A stretch of 62,970 nt of DNA, filler included, from Craspedostauros australis (taxonomy: Eukaryota): assembly GCA_030167865.1 (NCBI GenBank). It is 8 parts of 8 records of this genome, joined end to end, with 100 filler letters (N's around TTAATTAATTAA, not from the genome) between each part and the next. Parts side by side here need not be neighbours in the genome. Positions count along the whole stretch, not along the records: positions 11,758 to 38,121 come from JALAGF010000737.1; 7 more parts are not named here. One strand, given 5' to 3'. The translations under genes were made by a program, and so were the position numbers. This document shows, one piece after another, positions 19,995 through 35,100 of the stretch (positions within the stretch are counted from its first letter, which is position 1; every line of letters starts with the position of its first letter). The notes beneath the pieces are model-generated. The model ran no database searches. It was given only the letters and a program-made list of their open reading frames with translations, and was not told the origin of the DNA.

Positions 19995-22900
19995 CGTTCT
20001 GCGGTTCAAGTTTGGATTCGAGCCTGATGCCGATCCTGAGCTATGATGATGCCCTGGCACTGGAGAGAATGCTCTTCCACTTGACCTCGGTGCTGGTTGT
20101 CTCGACTAGAAATGGCACTGGCAGTGATGGCGGTGGTGGCGGCACTGGTGGCGGTGTGGCGGTGATAGAAGTGAAGCGGCCGATGGTGATTGGTGATGAT
20201 GCCATGGGCACGGGACTGTGCTCTGTGAGTGCGCGCGCAAATCCAGAGAGATTTGGGTGATTGATGAGGAGAGTGACAGCGCAACAACTTGACAAGGGCA
20301 TCAGCATCGCGCGCGTGAGACACCCAACACCAGGTCAAGCCATCCTCCCTTCGCCTCTTGGAGGTCGTGTCTCTGTGCGTGTTTGCGTTATCTGTGTCTT
20401 GTTGTGGCCACAAACGAGTCCACCCATCGCAAAATGACCGTGCCTCAATTTTCGCACCTATGGGAAATGTCCATTCGGATGTTGGAATGACCAAGCTGCC
20501 CAACTATGGCGTCGATGTTTCCGGCTAACTCAAGATAATATACATTTATTCCGGATGTGGCTAGCTGCCAACAACAAATACAGTCCAATATGTCGATTTA
20601 CCGCATATTTCAAACAAGTGCGATTGATTAACAGACAGCCACTACCCGGATTTGAACAAACAGTCAGAGATTCATCAACAGTCACAACGCAACGCAACAC
20701 AGTATGAACACAGACAGACAACAGTCAATGCACGAAAACGATTGGACCTACATGACAAGGCAGCCGTGATCCTTGATCATGTTTCTTCACCAGGATGCGC
20801 TCGCTGGTGTGCGGATGGGAACGGGCCTGGGAACGATGGCCTACGAGCTCCTATACTCGCAGGTGGACTCCGATCTGCGTGACCGTGCCACCGCGCGGAT
20901 GCAATTGTTCCATCAGGCCGAGTAGTCGTAGGAGCTGACGTTTGCTGATGCACATACGTGTAGCTCGTATGGTGCCAGTACACGGCGAGGAAGGCAGCTT
21001 GGCAACCCAACATCCTGAAACCTGAAGAAGAGAAGTCTTGGATGTTTCTGGGCCTTATCTGAGAGAAATCAAGGGGTGTGCTTCCAGCCATCAGCGGAGG
21101 CAGTCTGGACCCTCGTACGGGATGCCTTTGTCACCCTGCCTGGTTGGCAGGCGGATTGGCGGCCTGGAGATGGATTCTGAAGGGCGATGCCACAAGCAGC
21201 TCGCCGGAAGCTGTGAAGCGTTTCTCCATCAGCTTCTCCTCGCGCTTCTCTCGTCTCGGTTCCTGCTTCGACTTCCTCTCCAGCGGTTCAGTTCGGCTTC
21301 CTCATCAATGTTCTCTTCCCCGGCGCCGTTGTGTCCCATTCCGCAACGAACACCCACCTTGGCGGAAATGACCTCGACGTGAATGCCAGGAGGACAGGAG
21401 GAACAAAGACTGGCCAGAACATTGATTTCGGCCGTTTCTCTCTCCTCCGGCGTCAGGTTCAGGAGGGCTGTCTCGTGGAGAATTTCCCAGATGGCAGCAA
21501 GATCGATCAGGTGCGCGTCTCTGTCCTTATTGGTCGGTCGTGGCTACTCTCAGCCAGTCCAGGAGAGCGCTTCCGGTCGCTCATCGAGCAGGCACTGTGG
21601 GGATCGAAAGATGTGGGTGTGGGATTCAGCAAGGTCTGCTCTGGATTTACTGCTATGCATGGTACTGCTGCAATCCTCACGAGGGCGAAGATCCTGTCCG
21701 CAAGCCGATTCGCCAGATGGACAACTCACATTGGCGATAAGTCCGTCCCGGTCATCGGATTGAGATGATTCTTGCAGCTGTTCGTGATTGAGTAACACGA
21801 TGTCAAAGGCGGAGAAGGCCTTCGGTGCTCTGCGCTAAAAGCTCTGCATGGACAGGCTTAATCCAGCCACCTTCACCACACACATACGCACACACCGAAC
21901 AGAACAAGATGGCGGTTGCCACTTTTGGGCGCGTGGAATGGTGTGTGGATGAGAGCAGGGTGCGCTCCGTTTCATCTTGTTTCGCACAGTTCAATCGTCG
22001 TTTTGGCCGGAGACACCATTCGTCTCTGACCCATGGCTCGTAGGGCCGATACTCTGATGGAGCATGAGCCGCGGGCGATCTTCAAAATTACGGTCAGCCA
22101 GCTTGTCAGACCGCAACCGTACCCGCAGTCGCAGGCACTCTATTCTGCTCCTGTTTTCTTTCTCTCGCTCTCTCATTTTCTTGTAGTCTCGTTCTCCACC
22201 GCTTCTGTCGCGCCCTCGTGCTACCAGCCACAACCAGGTGCGAACGCCTCCCAACTGGTGCAAGAAAGCCTGTGCGAGCGAACCGCCAAGACTTTTTCGC
22301 TCTGCTGCCTCGCTTGACAATCACGCCCTGTGCTGGGAGTTGGGAGTTGTTAGCGCACGGGCATCTCTGTTCGTCTTGGTTGGGCGCGTATGTATTGCAC
22401 TTCTGGGGTACTATTGAACAGTGGTGTCTTGTGCCTTCGTTGTGACCATCCACGCCTCATATGTTTCCAAGAATGATTGTGCTCTTCAAGATGTCAGCGT
22501 AGGATGAGAAAGCCATGGCGATATTACTACACTCGTAGAACAGTACGCCGTTCCTACGTAAGGGTACAAACCTATCAGAGAATCCTGGCGAGGAAGTTCT
22601 CACATGAGATGAAACGAAATGACCGAACATGACCAAACAGCACCAAACAGCGCCGAGGAGGAGGCAAAACGCTGCAAAAGTTGAAGTCTTTGGCTCCGAA
22701 ATCGGGAATGCACATCCCCGCACCAAACGACCTGCTCGTGCCATGCCCCACGTGTGCTTGCACGGTACGAGATACTCGCATCCACACCCACGCGACACGG
22801 CGCACACTACTTTCTTTGCGTGCGCTGACCTGATGTCTTCACCTTGACGTGTGTGCCGTGCGGCGGAGGCTGTGGTTTGGTCCTCACAAAACGAAGTGAC

Positions 22901-23085
22901 GAGCAAATCACAATCGCACCTCATTCGTTCCACTCCTCGATACTTCGAGGATTTCCTCGCTCTCGAGTGCATTCACCAGCGTTCGTGCTTCGAAACCTGT
23001 CTACTCACACTGGTCCCATCTCCACCAAATTCAACACCGACTTCACTCGTAAGCCAATCCGCCTAGGCCACCACGTTCTTCCAAC

Positions 23086-26000
23086 ATGGCCGACATCAAG
23101 AAGAAAGAGGCGATGCTCAACATGGACGATGTCTCCTATCTCGATCAAGATGACTTCTCCATCGATGACACCGTCGCCACCGACGATGACACCAACGAGA
23201 TCCAGGAAGTCCGCAACGAGGCCAGGCAAGACAATTTCAAGGTCCAGCTTTGGCGTATCCTCGTCACCGGGTCCCTCTTGATCACTGCCTGCGTCGTTAC
23301 ATGGATTACCTACCGATCCCTCGACGATGAGCAAATCGACAACTTCGAGACTGCGGTGAGTTTGTTGCTCACTTCCGCTTTCGCTTTTCCTGATATACCT
23401 GTTGATGCCTGTCCTTCGAATGACCCTTCTCCCGTTTGCCTACCTCAACGTCGCCGCCGACACATCACACGTCGACCTTGCCATCTCATCCAACGTCCCT
23501 TGCCCAAATTACTTTCCATTTCATTTTCGTTCTGATGGCGCATCACGCGATCCTATCTTCTGGGCAGTTCGAGCAATTCTCGAGAACCATTGGCGATGCT
23601 GCGGTTGACCAGCAAAAGGCTTTGCACGTTTCCTTCTTTGGGTTTGCCGACATGATCACTGCCCAGACCGAAAGCAGCGACCAGGAGTGGCCGTACCTCA
23701 CCATTCCATTCTTCAACAAGATGGCGGCCACCGTCTTGGAACAATCCCGCGCTGAAGGCCTCCTGCTGATCCACGTGATCAAACCAGAGCAGCGCGTTAC
23801 GTGGGAGAACTGGACCATCGACCACCACGAGGCGATGGTGGAGGAAGCTCACATGTTGGAGAACGGCAACCTCGACGATCTCAAGCCAGAGGGTTTCCAC
23901 CCTTTCATCTCCCAGTTCGGGTACGACGGATCATTCATCCCTGACAAGGAACGCGACTTGCACTTTCCAGTTTGGGAGTACGCACCGGCACCATTCACGT
24001 TCGGTTTCATCAACTGGAACGCAATGAATGACCAGCCCGAAATCGACACCCTCTTCAAGCTCCGAGATGAGCTTCTCTACAACGACGTCGATGCGTACTA
24101 CGATGCTTCCCTCGGTGTAGCATTCACGGAGGAAGAGCACCAAGCCATGCACGCCAAGCTGGGTGATTCTGACGTCAGCCATCCTCACAGCTACTTCGTC
24201 GTCCCAGTCCACAAAAAGGTTGGCGATCCAAGTTCCGAAATCGTTGCCATCCTCAGCGGCGCAGTGGCGTGGGATGCGTCCCTCAACAACCTGCTCCCAG
24301 AAGGAGTTGAAGGTCTCATCACTGTGGTCGAGAACACTTGTGGCAGCTCCTTCACGTACGAAATCGTCGGAGGTGATGCGATCTTCCGCGGAAATGGTAA
24401 GTGAACGGAGTCAAGACAAGGCAACGCAAGGCAAACGGAGCCACAACTCTATTCCCCCCCCCCCCCATTTCGTCAAACTGCTTTCCAAGGCATTGCTCCC
24501 TCACTCACTCACCCACTTGCTCGACTCCTCGTCTGCTGGGAACTGAAACGACCCCCTGCCAATCTGTCTATCTGTTGCAACGCGACGCCTTGGCGCATCG
24601 GCATACCAATACTCTATGCATATCTGCACTGGTGATCGTTCACATGCAGGCGACCAACATGACTCCAAGTACGACAAGTACGAAAAGGCCGTCCCGTTGT
24701 CCCACCCGAAGAACAAGGCCCGCCTCGAGAAAGAACCTGGACACTGCATGTACACCATGCGTATCTACCCGTCGCAAAAGTTCGAAGACCAGTACGATAC
24801 CTTCACCCCAGAGAGGTTTGCCATCATCGTGATGTCGACCTTTGTCTTCGTCATCATCGTCTTCTTCGTGTACGATATGTTCGTCCACAGACGTAACGAG
24901 AACCTGGTTGAGAACGTTGCTCGATCCAACGCCATCGTGTCGTCCCTGTTCCCGCAGAACATCCGCCAGCGATTGATCGAAGAGAACAAAGGTCCGGCGG
25001 ATGACGCTGGTGGAGCTGGATCCAGAATGACTGCCGACAAGCGCATCGCAAACCTCAAGAACTACCTGAAGGGGCACACGTCCGATGAGTCTTCCAGCAA
25101 GAAACCTCTCGCGGATCTTTTCCTAGAGACGACGGTCCTGTTTGCAGACATTGCCGGTTTCACTGCGTGGAGTTCGGTCAGAGGTGAGAATGCCCCCTTT
25201 TCAACATGGCTGGAGTTATTTATGTGTTGCGCTGCAGCGCTGATGCTTGATGTATTTTGTGAATGACTGCGAATATTCGCGCCATGCCCCCTGCAGCCAC
25301 CACCACATCAACCGTCACGGCGGCATTGCTACTAGTCTGCTTGTGTCTGCCATGTCATCCTTGCTTCCGTCCACTCTGACACGCGCGTTTGCGTTCCTTC
25401 GCGATATTTACGACGACGATGACAACAACGACCAACACTGATGAGCTCAGAGCCATCCCAAGTTTTCAGTTTCCTCGAAACCATCTTCTCGTCCTTCGAC
25501 CAGGTGGCCAAGGTGCGACGTGTCTTCAAGGTCGAGACGGTTGGTGATTGCTACGTGGCTGCTACCGGAATCCCAGAACCCAAACGCGACCATGCCGTCG
25601 CTATGGTGCGTTTCGCCCGAGACATCCTCATCAGAACCCACAAGTTGACAAAGCAACTCGAAATCACCCACGGGCCAGACACGGCCGACCTGTCGTTGCG
25701 CATCGGTATCCACTCCGGACCCGTCACCGCCGGCGTCCTGAGAGGAGAACGAGCGCGCTTCCAGCTGTTCGGTGATACCATGAACACCACATCGCGCATC
25801 GAGCAGACTGGAGAAGCAGGCCGCATCCATATCTCTGCTGATACGGCAGAATGCCTCAAGGCATGTGGAGAGGGTGGTTGGTTGCTCAAGCGCGAAGAAC
25901 CAGTCAAGGCCAAAGGAAAGGGCATCATCCAAACGTAAGTCAACGACACCGCTTGTGCTGCGTCCTCAACACGCAAGCTTTTTCATGATGCCAAATGCCG

Positions 26001-27588
26001 ATATCCACTCACTCACTCATCCACCCACTCATGCATCCATCCATCCACCCATTCATTCATCCATTCACCCTACGACAACGCCACACGACAACACGACAGA
26101 TATTGGATCCGTTCCTCCAAGCGCTCGTCTGATGAAGAGAGCGTCATCAGCGACAACAGCCTCCCACAGATGGACGGCGACGTGCCACCAAGCGTAACCT
26201 TCGAGATCAGTGACGATGTGCCTTCTCACATTGCCAAAACCAATGCAACTAACGCCCAAGAACGTTCCCTTCGTCTCATCGATTGGAACGTCGAAATGCT
26301 CCTCCATATCATTCGTCAAATCATCGCCCGCCGTGATGCTGCCCGTAATCCGGGCGCGCCCAACCAAAGCGCGACGCAATCGTCGTGGATGAAGCAGAAG
26401 CACGGAGGCAAGGCCAGGGCTGGGAAGGGGGGAAGCCAACGACCAGGATCCAACGATGGCGACAACGCCTCCCCTCAGTTCAACCCCCTTGACGAAGTGA
26501 AGGAAATCATTCACCTGCCAGAATTCAACAAGCAAGTCGCCAAGGCCCAAGAGAACGCCGACCACGTCACCATCGACCCGATCATCATCAAGCAGCTTCG
26601 GTCCTTCATCGCCAACATCGCCGGCATGTACCGCGATAACTCGTTCCACAACTTTGAGCACGCATCTCACGTCACCATGTCCGTCATCAAGCTCCTTGCC
26701 CGCATCGTCGCCCCATCCGATCTCGACGAACTTGAATCGGCCGGCGCCAACCCGGAAGCTAGCGCGGACAATGACGGCCACCACGTCGCAGCCACGTTGC
26801 ACGACCACACGTACGGCATCACTTCCGACCCGCTCACTCAGCTTGCCTGCGCTTTCTCCGCCATGATCCACGACGTCGACCACGTCGGTGTGCCCAACGC
26901 TCAGCTCGTCAAGGAGAAGGCCAGCATCGCCGAAGTCTACGGCAATCGATCCGTCGCAGAGCAGAACTCCCTCGTCTTGTCTTGGGATCTGTTCATGGCC
27001 GACGAGTACAGCGAGCTCCGCAACTGCATCTGCTCCACGCCAGCCGAAGTCGACCGATTCCGCCAGCTCGTTGTCAACGGCGTGATGGCGACCGACATTG
27101 TCGACAAGGAGCTCAAGCAGCTCCGCAACAACCGCTGGGACAAGGCATTCGACAAGAACCACGAGGAATCGGCAAAGGACGCGACCAACCGCAAGGCGAC
27201 CATCGTCATTGAGCACTTGATCCAAGCAAGTGACGTGTCTCACACGATGCAGCATTGGCACGTGTACCGCAAGTGGAACGAGCGATTCTTCCGCGAATGC
27301 TACGCCGCCTACCAAAGCGGCCGGGCAGGATCCAACCCCGTCGATGGATGGTACAAGGGCGAGATGGGATTCTTCGACTTCTACATCATCCCGCTGGCCA
27401 AGAAGCTCAAGGATTGTGGCGTGTTTGGCAAGTCCAGCGATGAATACTTGAACTACGCCATGGCCAACCGAAAGGAGTGGGAACGCCGCGGCGAGGAGAT
27501 TGTCGCTGAGATGGTGGAGACCATGGACAACGAGGCCGCTGGGGTCAGCGCGAAGAAAATCGAGACCAGCGATGGGGAGGATCTCTAG
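23086..27588 (+). CDS. Receptor-type guanylate/adenylate cyclase - class I phosphodiesterase fusion (~1201 aa, 5 exons)
   Basis: Exons 23086-23355, 23568-24396, 24650-25183, 25451-25934, 26100-27588, all with GT..AG introns that keep frame. TM-sensor-TM, then cyclase (LFADIAGFTAWS, KVETVGDCY, RIGIHSGPV, LFGDTMNTTSR) and PDE (HNFEH, HDVDH, ATDI, ASDVSH). Confidence 0.92.
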
Positions 27589-30500
27589 AGAGAGAGGGAG
27601 ACAAGAGACACAGAGTGCTCAGGGAACTCGCACCAACTCCGCAAGCCACAGGAACATCACATCAGTACGCCCGATCCAAGACAACGAACGTGGAGCGTAT
27701 CACGCTCGTTTGCGACAATTCAGTCATGCGAGCACAACACATTGCAATGTTCTGCGATCGGCGCACAGAGAATCCAATCCCTAATTTGTCAAAACAAGTC
27801 AAATCATCATATTGAACACAAAAGAAAACATCCATAATAATGCGTAGCAGTAAGCGTTTCATGCAATAATGTCATAGTCTAAGCCAGACTGGCACAAAGT
27901 AATGCCGAGGAGTGCTCGTCGTGATTGTCGTGGAGCGTGCTGTATGGTTTTGCGGATCCCCAAATTGCTAGCAAGAATTTTGTGTTGGAAGAGGAGGCAC
28001 AGCCCAACATGAACGCATTGCGACATTGGCGCATCCATCAATTCACGACACAGCCAAAGAAGGGAGGGGGGCAACGACACAGAAAACTGAACATGCCAAG
28101 TGTGCATTGAACAAAACTAATATTATGTTATTCGACCTACGAATAATGCAGAAACGATCCACGAGGATCCTTCAGATGACGGCAAAAAGGATATCACACC
28201 TCCAACACAATCAATTGATACAACGACTTTAGTCATGCAAACGACATGGTTGGAGCGTGCAATGAATCTCGATTGAAAAGTAAATATCCTCGAAATGCCA
28301 AAATCTCATTCTCTGAGAGCGAAATGGTGTACTATCCTTTCAAACGTGTACTATTCTCCTACCGACTTCATCAAGGGACAAAGAAGCAGCCAATGCGCTC
28401 ATTGCATGACACCAATCATTCTTGTGTCGGATTCAAAGTCAAACAATAGAAGCTGAAAGCACACCTGATTTTGTGGTCTCTACTTTCTACATTGATATTG
28501 CCACTCCATTGGGCGATAAGCACAGCACATGTTGTTCCTGCGAAATGCTTGCAGGGTGTTGTTGCAGCACACAATGAAACATGAGTCGACATTGCGCGCT
28601 TGCACTACCGAGGGCAAACTACTAGCATTCCGAGTCAGAGACGACGAAATCAGCCTACACAATCCAAAAGAGCCAGGTGAGTATAGTTTCTTTCTTTCCA
28701 ACAATTCGGGTGCATCCACGAAGGTGCAACACGTCATTCGTCATCAACCGATTCGAAAAAACCATCAAGAACTCATTGGTATCACAGTGGCGTCCAGTCT
28801 GATGGATGTATTTGTTGAGATTTCCGGGGTTGAGAAAGCAAATCCCAGTTTAGACCTTGCGTCGCAAAGAAGCTGCAACAGTCGTTCTGGATTCTGTCAT
28901 TGGCCTCTCATGCAAAACCGAAGCGTCGAATGAAGTGGAGACATGCAGCTTGCTCTTGTTGTCGAAGTAGTTCTTCAATTTGTATGTCTCTATGACTTTC
29001 ATTGGACGGTCCTATATCGGTTCAATACAGAACTGCGATTCAATTCTGAGCAATGAATCGCACGCTGGATTCGGTGTGTCCAGAGTCTATCACTTCTTCT
29101 TGCGTCTCTTCTCTCCAGTTTGCTTTCATGGTTTTTCATGAAGCCTGTGGCAGGCCGGCCTCACCACCATCAAAGCAAATGCCTCGCGAATCAAAAATTC
29201 AAAAAGTTGATGATAAATGTGAACTTGTTGGATGAGTCCGACGTTGAACTACCAACAATATAATGTGAAAAAGAATTTTGCATGCAGTCCAATGGTGAGG
29301 ACAACTGTTTGCATACGAACTAGTTGTTGGATTGTTGTCTCTGCCAAGTGCATACCGGAATTGTCTTGTCCAGAAGACGCATTAGGTCCACTTGGACTGT
29401 GATCACGCAAAGATTGTCTCTCAGACCAACAAACACTCAAAGGTTTTTCCTGGAGAAGTGGATCATTCACGATCAAACTTGGAACAGAACAATGAACTGA
29501 TGTTTCTTCGCTTCAACATGCGGCTCCGTATATCTAATCAATACAAATCGAGAAAAGAGTACTGTGAGCGTCAGCTCAATGACCAACATGATCCTTGCGC
29601 ATCTCATTGAACAACTCTGCTGGAGAGACGTCGATTTAATACCACCACTGGTGATGAAGCCTGCTGTACATGCCGTTTTGTTGTGTCAGAATCACACAAT
29701 GACCGGAGATGCAGCTCTTATTCCATTCCGGGAGTTGCAGAGAATCTTGAATAGGATTACAGAAACTTAAGTCAACGAAGCGACCGCTCCGAGATCTCGG
29801 GTTGGAGCTTTGGACTCCAGGAGATTTTTCTATTGAGACGTTTGACTGTGCTTCATGATGAAGGTGCAAAATTCATTTGATGTCGTAGCGACTCGAAGCA
29901 ATGAATCGTAGGCGTTCACAATAGGATGAGCGGGAGGTGCCAAATACAAATCGATTATCGATTTCAACAGTGCACAGCCACACACGGATGTTTGACCACA
30001 TTGGAAGAGCTGGCCACAGCATGGAAGAGTTGTGGCAGCCCATTCTCCGGTATTTAGCCATGGGCATTCCGAAACGAGGCTGGTGTGCACCCGAAGGGGT
30101 TCGTTGTCCCTATCGACGCAATACGAGCACAGAATGTGCGAAAGAACGACCATTGGACTGAAATCCAATTCTACCTATTGCGGAATCATCATTGTAAATT
30201 CACTGTCGAGAACCACGAAATTTGAAGTCGGCATATGATGAAGTTTCTGAAGGTGGCGTGACTGGGTGAAACAAGAGTTTGTGAGATGTCCTGTCATCAT
30301 CAAAATCATTTGTTCGTGCCATATCTGTCATTGGCGGTGGACTGATCACAACGATTCTCGTACAACACTCATCAGCACTGAAAGGCAAAGCTGCCAAGTT
30401 TCTGTTGCACCAATTATTCCACATGAGAAGACTCAATGTAGCTTTTCTGTACGTGTGTCCACTCGAGGAACGAGAGACTCAAAACCAGATATGAACATCA

Positions 30501-32111
30501 CCGATTATCCTGTCGATTCATTGCAATGGCGGCTCAATCAATCTCCATTGCTGTGATACGATTTCCATTGAATCTGAAACTCACGGAATCGCACAGATAG
30601 ATAAAGGTACCTCACCACCATTTTTCGACTTGATGCACTTCGAAGGAAGGAACGCAGGACGAATATCTATAACATTGTTTTCTACGGCCTCGAATTTCAG
30701 TATTCATAACACGGCAGTGGCGTTGTTGCTTGAAAGAAGAACAAGCGCCGAAACCCGAAGCACCGCCGATTTCATTGACGAGGATACAAAACTTGGTTCC
30801 TATTGATGTATAGGGCTGTTGATGTTAGTCAGAAAAGAATCTGGTACTGAAACCAACCCGCACAGACACATCTCACAATGACAGTATCAAAGTTGGTTGC
30901 GGTGTTTTCACTTTGAACGAAGTGGAAGTGTCTCTGTGAGAGCCAGAATCACTCTTTGTGAGGTGAAAAAACTAGAATAACATGTTGTCGATCTGCATGA
31001 ACCATGTTTCATCTCAGGTCATCGGAGTTTTTCCCAGCGTAAGAGGTACCGATTACAAATGTGTGTTTGCACATTACTTGCTTTCGAATGGCGAAACGGA
31101 TCTCAACATGAACATGTGTTCACAGCCATGGGCAACATCATCACATAGTTGATGTGAAACGCCATTCCGACATCGAGTTGGCGTTTGCTAAGATTGTTGT
31201 TGAGCGTGTGCAATGCTGGCACTACTCAGTAACAAGCACCGCACTAAACCAGTCTAAGGCGTTTGACTTGAGACGTCATTCAGTTTTTCGGGCTACAATG
31301 TTTTTTCAAGGGAACGGTATGGCCCAGAAATCATCCAGCCTTGCGCTATGCGTGTCTAAATGCTATCATGATTTGTTTCTCGGTTTGTAATGCTGCGCTT
31401 GGACGAAATTTGTATGATTATGCGGAGATTTAGCCGGTTTCATTTTCATTGTTGTGGATGTTTCTGTATGCAGGGAACGCAAAGAATATGGTGCGTAGAT
31501 TGAGCATCGTTTGAGACATTGGCCTTTCACGAGCTCAAGATATCATTTCTGTTGACGGTTTACCTGTGACAGTTGTTGAGGTTGTGGCGAATGCGTGTTC
31601 AAAATCTGTGGCGCTTTCTTTAGTCTCTTCGTATGTCGAACTCGGTATTTCCTGGAAGTGGTGCACTTGCTTTCCAACGATCTCGCTTTGCTGTCGCTAT
31701 CGCAGAGACTTCCGTTCCCATACTATCTTTCGTTGAAGCTGAGATATTTTGTTGTTTCACGTTGATGAGTGCTATGTGCCAAACAAAACTTCCTCTTGTT
31801 CGAAAAGCATGCAGAAACCATTCTCGCTGATTTGTGCAACTATCCATTCACTTTTGCAATTACTTTACTTCATATAAATTTTCGATGCACGTGGTCCGCT
31901 TCTCTTGTGTATGACTCAAACATTGTCGAGTACGATCTGCTCGGCTCTACGTACGTGCTACGCATCGCAATCATGGTTGTGTTGACATTGAGCACGCTTC
32001 CCCCGACAACGATGCCGACAGGATTTCGACTCGGAGACAACCTTCGTTGTTTCCAGCTAGGTCCCGGTCTACTATACTTATCACCAATGCACAATTTATC
32101 ATCTACAACGT

Positions 32112-35100
32112 TCACCTTGCGTGGATACCACCCACCTCGAGGTGGAACGGCAAACCCAAGCTGTGCACTGTCAAGAAGTACGTGTCCGTTGCACGGGCTT
32201 GCCATTGGATCCGATTGTGCGAGTTGCAGGGCGATACTTGTATTGTGTCTGAGCCCTTCACACACTCCAAGGCAGTGCAGTCCTTTCCCAAGTCCAGTGG
32301 CGACCATGCAATGTCAATTCTGGACACAGTGATGAAGGTTTGGAACGGGCTGTCTGTACCGCAAGTGCTTGCGAACATTGTGCCATCAATACCGTTTACT
32401 CGGTACCAAACTGTTCGGACATCCGTCCACACATTCTGCTCAACACATGCCGTGTAACGCTTCGCTCCTTCCGTTGTGCCCGCGACAGCCACGGCTACAC
32501 TTCTTCTATCCACACCAAATGGAGGAGCTGGCAGCACCACCTCCTGTGCCCGGTGGCAGGAATCATTGGGACGTCCAATGCGGAAATCGACCACTCCGTA
32601 ATCGTCCTCCAGCGATCTACCAGAAATGCGGATGAAATACAGCACATCCATTTCAGGTGTCCATTGCACGTAACTCCCTCTGGTTGCGGCGACAGACTGG
32701 AAGTCTGTATTATCGCTCATCACGATGCCGCCACACCCTCCCTCCGAAGCCACGACTCCATCACAAGACAACGAGTTGCACTCATCCCCTCTGTAGATGG
32801 ATATCTGCGTTGGGTATTCAGTGTGCAAGGAACATGTCGTAGCGATCATATCCCACCCGTTGCCAACAACGCTGAACCAGACGTCCCGTCCTGATGCTGT
32901 CACGATGGGATTGCTGGTGCTGGTGCTGCAAGTGGGATAGTCCATGGCTGTAGCATTTGGTGCTGGGCGGCGGAAGCTTCTTCCGGCGCTCCTCGTTGCA
33001 ACGAATTGAGATCTGCCATGAAGCGGTACAGGCCCGATCGCGGATTGGCACTGGTCGTTTAGAACCGTTGGCTCCACTGTGAGGGTGAATGATGGTGTCC
33101 GAGTTTGGGGGTGGGCTGGTGCTTGCATCAACACAATTTCCACATGGATGTAATACCGCAGATGCTTTTGCGTTTGCCATGTCGCAGACATGTGATCGCG
33201 ACAAGGCACAGCGACCATTGATGTTGGTGGTATGCATTGCAGGTCGTGACATGAATCGCTGTTGCTTGCCATGACCATGATCCTCGTGTTGGAATTCGAC
33301 AGAGAAGAAGCGGCGTGGCATGTGGATGCTGTCATGCGTTGGCCGTCGCCAACAAACTCATACCAGAAATGTTGCGAGACCATCTCGGCTCCTGCAGCGA
33401 TCTCTGATTGTTCACTCTGACACTCGACGCTTGGACCCAATGTATCGTCTGGTGGCATCGACGGGTTGAGCACACCAATCACGGATGTTCCGTCCGTCGG
33501 CATCGACTTGGCCATCTCGCAAGAATGCCCTTGGAGTACATCCACTTCATCCAGCGATATATTGAATTCGTGCACCACAACACCTCTTCGTTCTGCCGCC
33601 AGGTGCACTGATGGACACCATCCAAGCAGAGTGTTGTAAGAGTTGGAGTACAAGTGCGAGTGCGATACGTGAGTACGTACAATTGCGATACCAAAAATGT
33701 ATAATACATGATAGAATTTCGCGATCAGTACGAATACTCGTGTTGAGACAGTGGATAGCACAGCGCCAGTACAATGCTTCAAACCAACCCCAACACGCGC
33801 GGGGTGACTGCTGCATCTCGCCCCGAACATGCCCGGCAAACCATCATTAGCGAAGGCAGACACAAAGGAACGCACCGATGATTTTGTACTCCGCATCCTT
33901 TTCGGCGAACCATTCAATTTCGCTGCACGACATGTCTCCGGTATCCGCAAGGTGCTGGGTTGTGTAGTTGACGAATGAAGAAACGTCGTCGTTGGCATCA
34001 ATGCACTGAAGGTTCGAGCATTCACCAAGCAGTATGTGTATCCGCGTGTCGGCGTTCGTTCCTTCATTGCAAGTCGACGCGCGGAAGATCCTTCCTGTCC
34101 CGGTGGTGTTGAACCAACCGCCTTGATACGAGAATACATCGTTGCTGTATGTGTTGATGATCGCCGCATTGCCACAGGATGCGACAGCATCCACGTCTGA
34201 GACAAGACCGAGCAAGTCTGTTTTTATACTCGCACCAAGCGGCAAGCCAGTTGCATCCTCACAGAAGATGCCTTTTGGAGGTATGATGATATCTGGAATC
34301 CGTCTAGTAACTTCAAACGTGAAGTCGCCGACACCGCTGCCCATGCCATGGACGAATGCATAATACAGCCTCTTCCTCGAGATGATTTCGACCTGACCAA
34401 CGCCTCCGCCAATGCAGTCCAATGCTCCGCATCCATCTCCCCCGAAAGCAGAAACTTGTGGCATGAAGCCGTCTGTGATGGATTTTGCAACGATCCTGAG
34501 CAACCTGTTTGCATCCTCATCTCCCACTTCGAATTTGAACCAAACGCCAGGCGCGCTGGATTTGGCGGATCCACAGTTACCCATTTCTGGCGTGACCACC
34601 GTCCCACCTCGAGTTGATCCGATGGTCGGTGGAGCGTTCTCCGGAACTGTTGAAGATGCATCCATAGCACGCTCGCATTCTAAGTTGTCGTCCATCTCGG
34701 ATATTTCCAGCGAGAAGATTCCACGCGATGATCGGAAACCGTGGACATAGACGAAGTACGTGTCATCCTCCTCAGCAACGAATGATGCGCGGCTTTGGTC
34801 AGAGCATTCGCTTCCTCCACCCTGATCATTCCCAGCGAGGCAGCTCAACCTGTCACATCGTTCGCCTTTGAAAATCGATATCTGAGTGTCGTAGTTGGTA
34901 CTGGTACCAGTGGTGTTGCTCGTAACGAGGCTGGGGTGGATCGTTGGTGCCGCGTTGCAAAGCGATGCCATGAATCTGAAGCTCTCGCTGAAACTGTTGA
35001 CGCTAGTGCTGCCGATGCCGTCGTTTCTGTCCATGGTGTCGGTGGTGACATTGGACGCAATTGCATGCTTTGCAAACATCCGGCTGCCTTCGATTCGATA

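Noticed and set aside
20777..21800. Possible gene (coding-like charged stretch on the minus strand)
   Set aside because: Only short ORFs; I could not build a consistent exon model or recognise a domain.
26010..26070. (CATC/CACT)n tract and other simple repeats such as (GA)n near 49683 and (ATAGA)n near 60590
   Set aside because: Ordinary intronic or UTR microsatellites; no spacer structure, not CRISPR-like.
26065..27315. 416-aa minus-strand ORF
   Set aside because: Antisense shadow of the GC3-rich PDE exon; no motifs.
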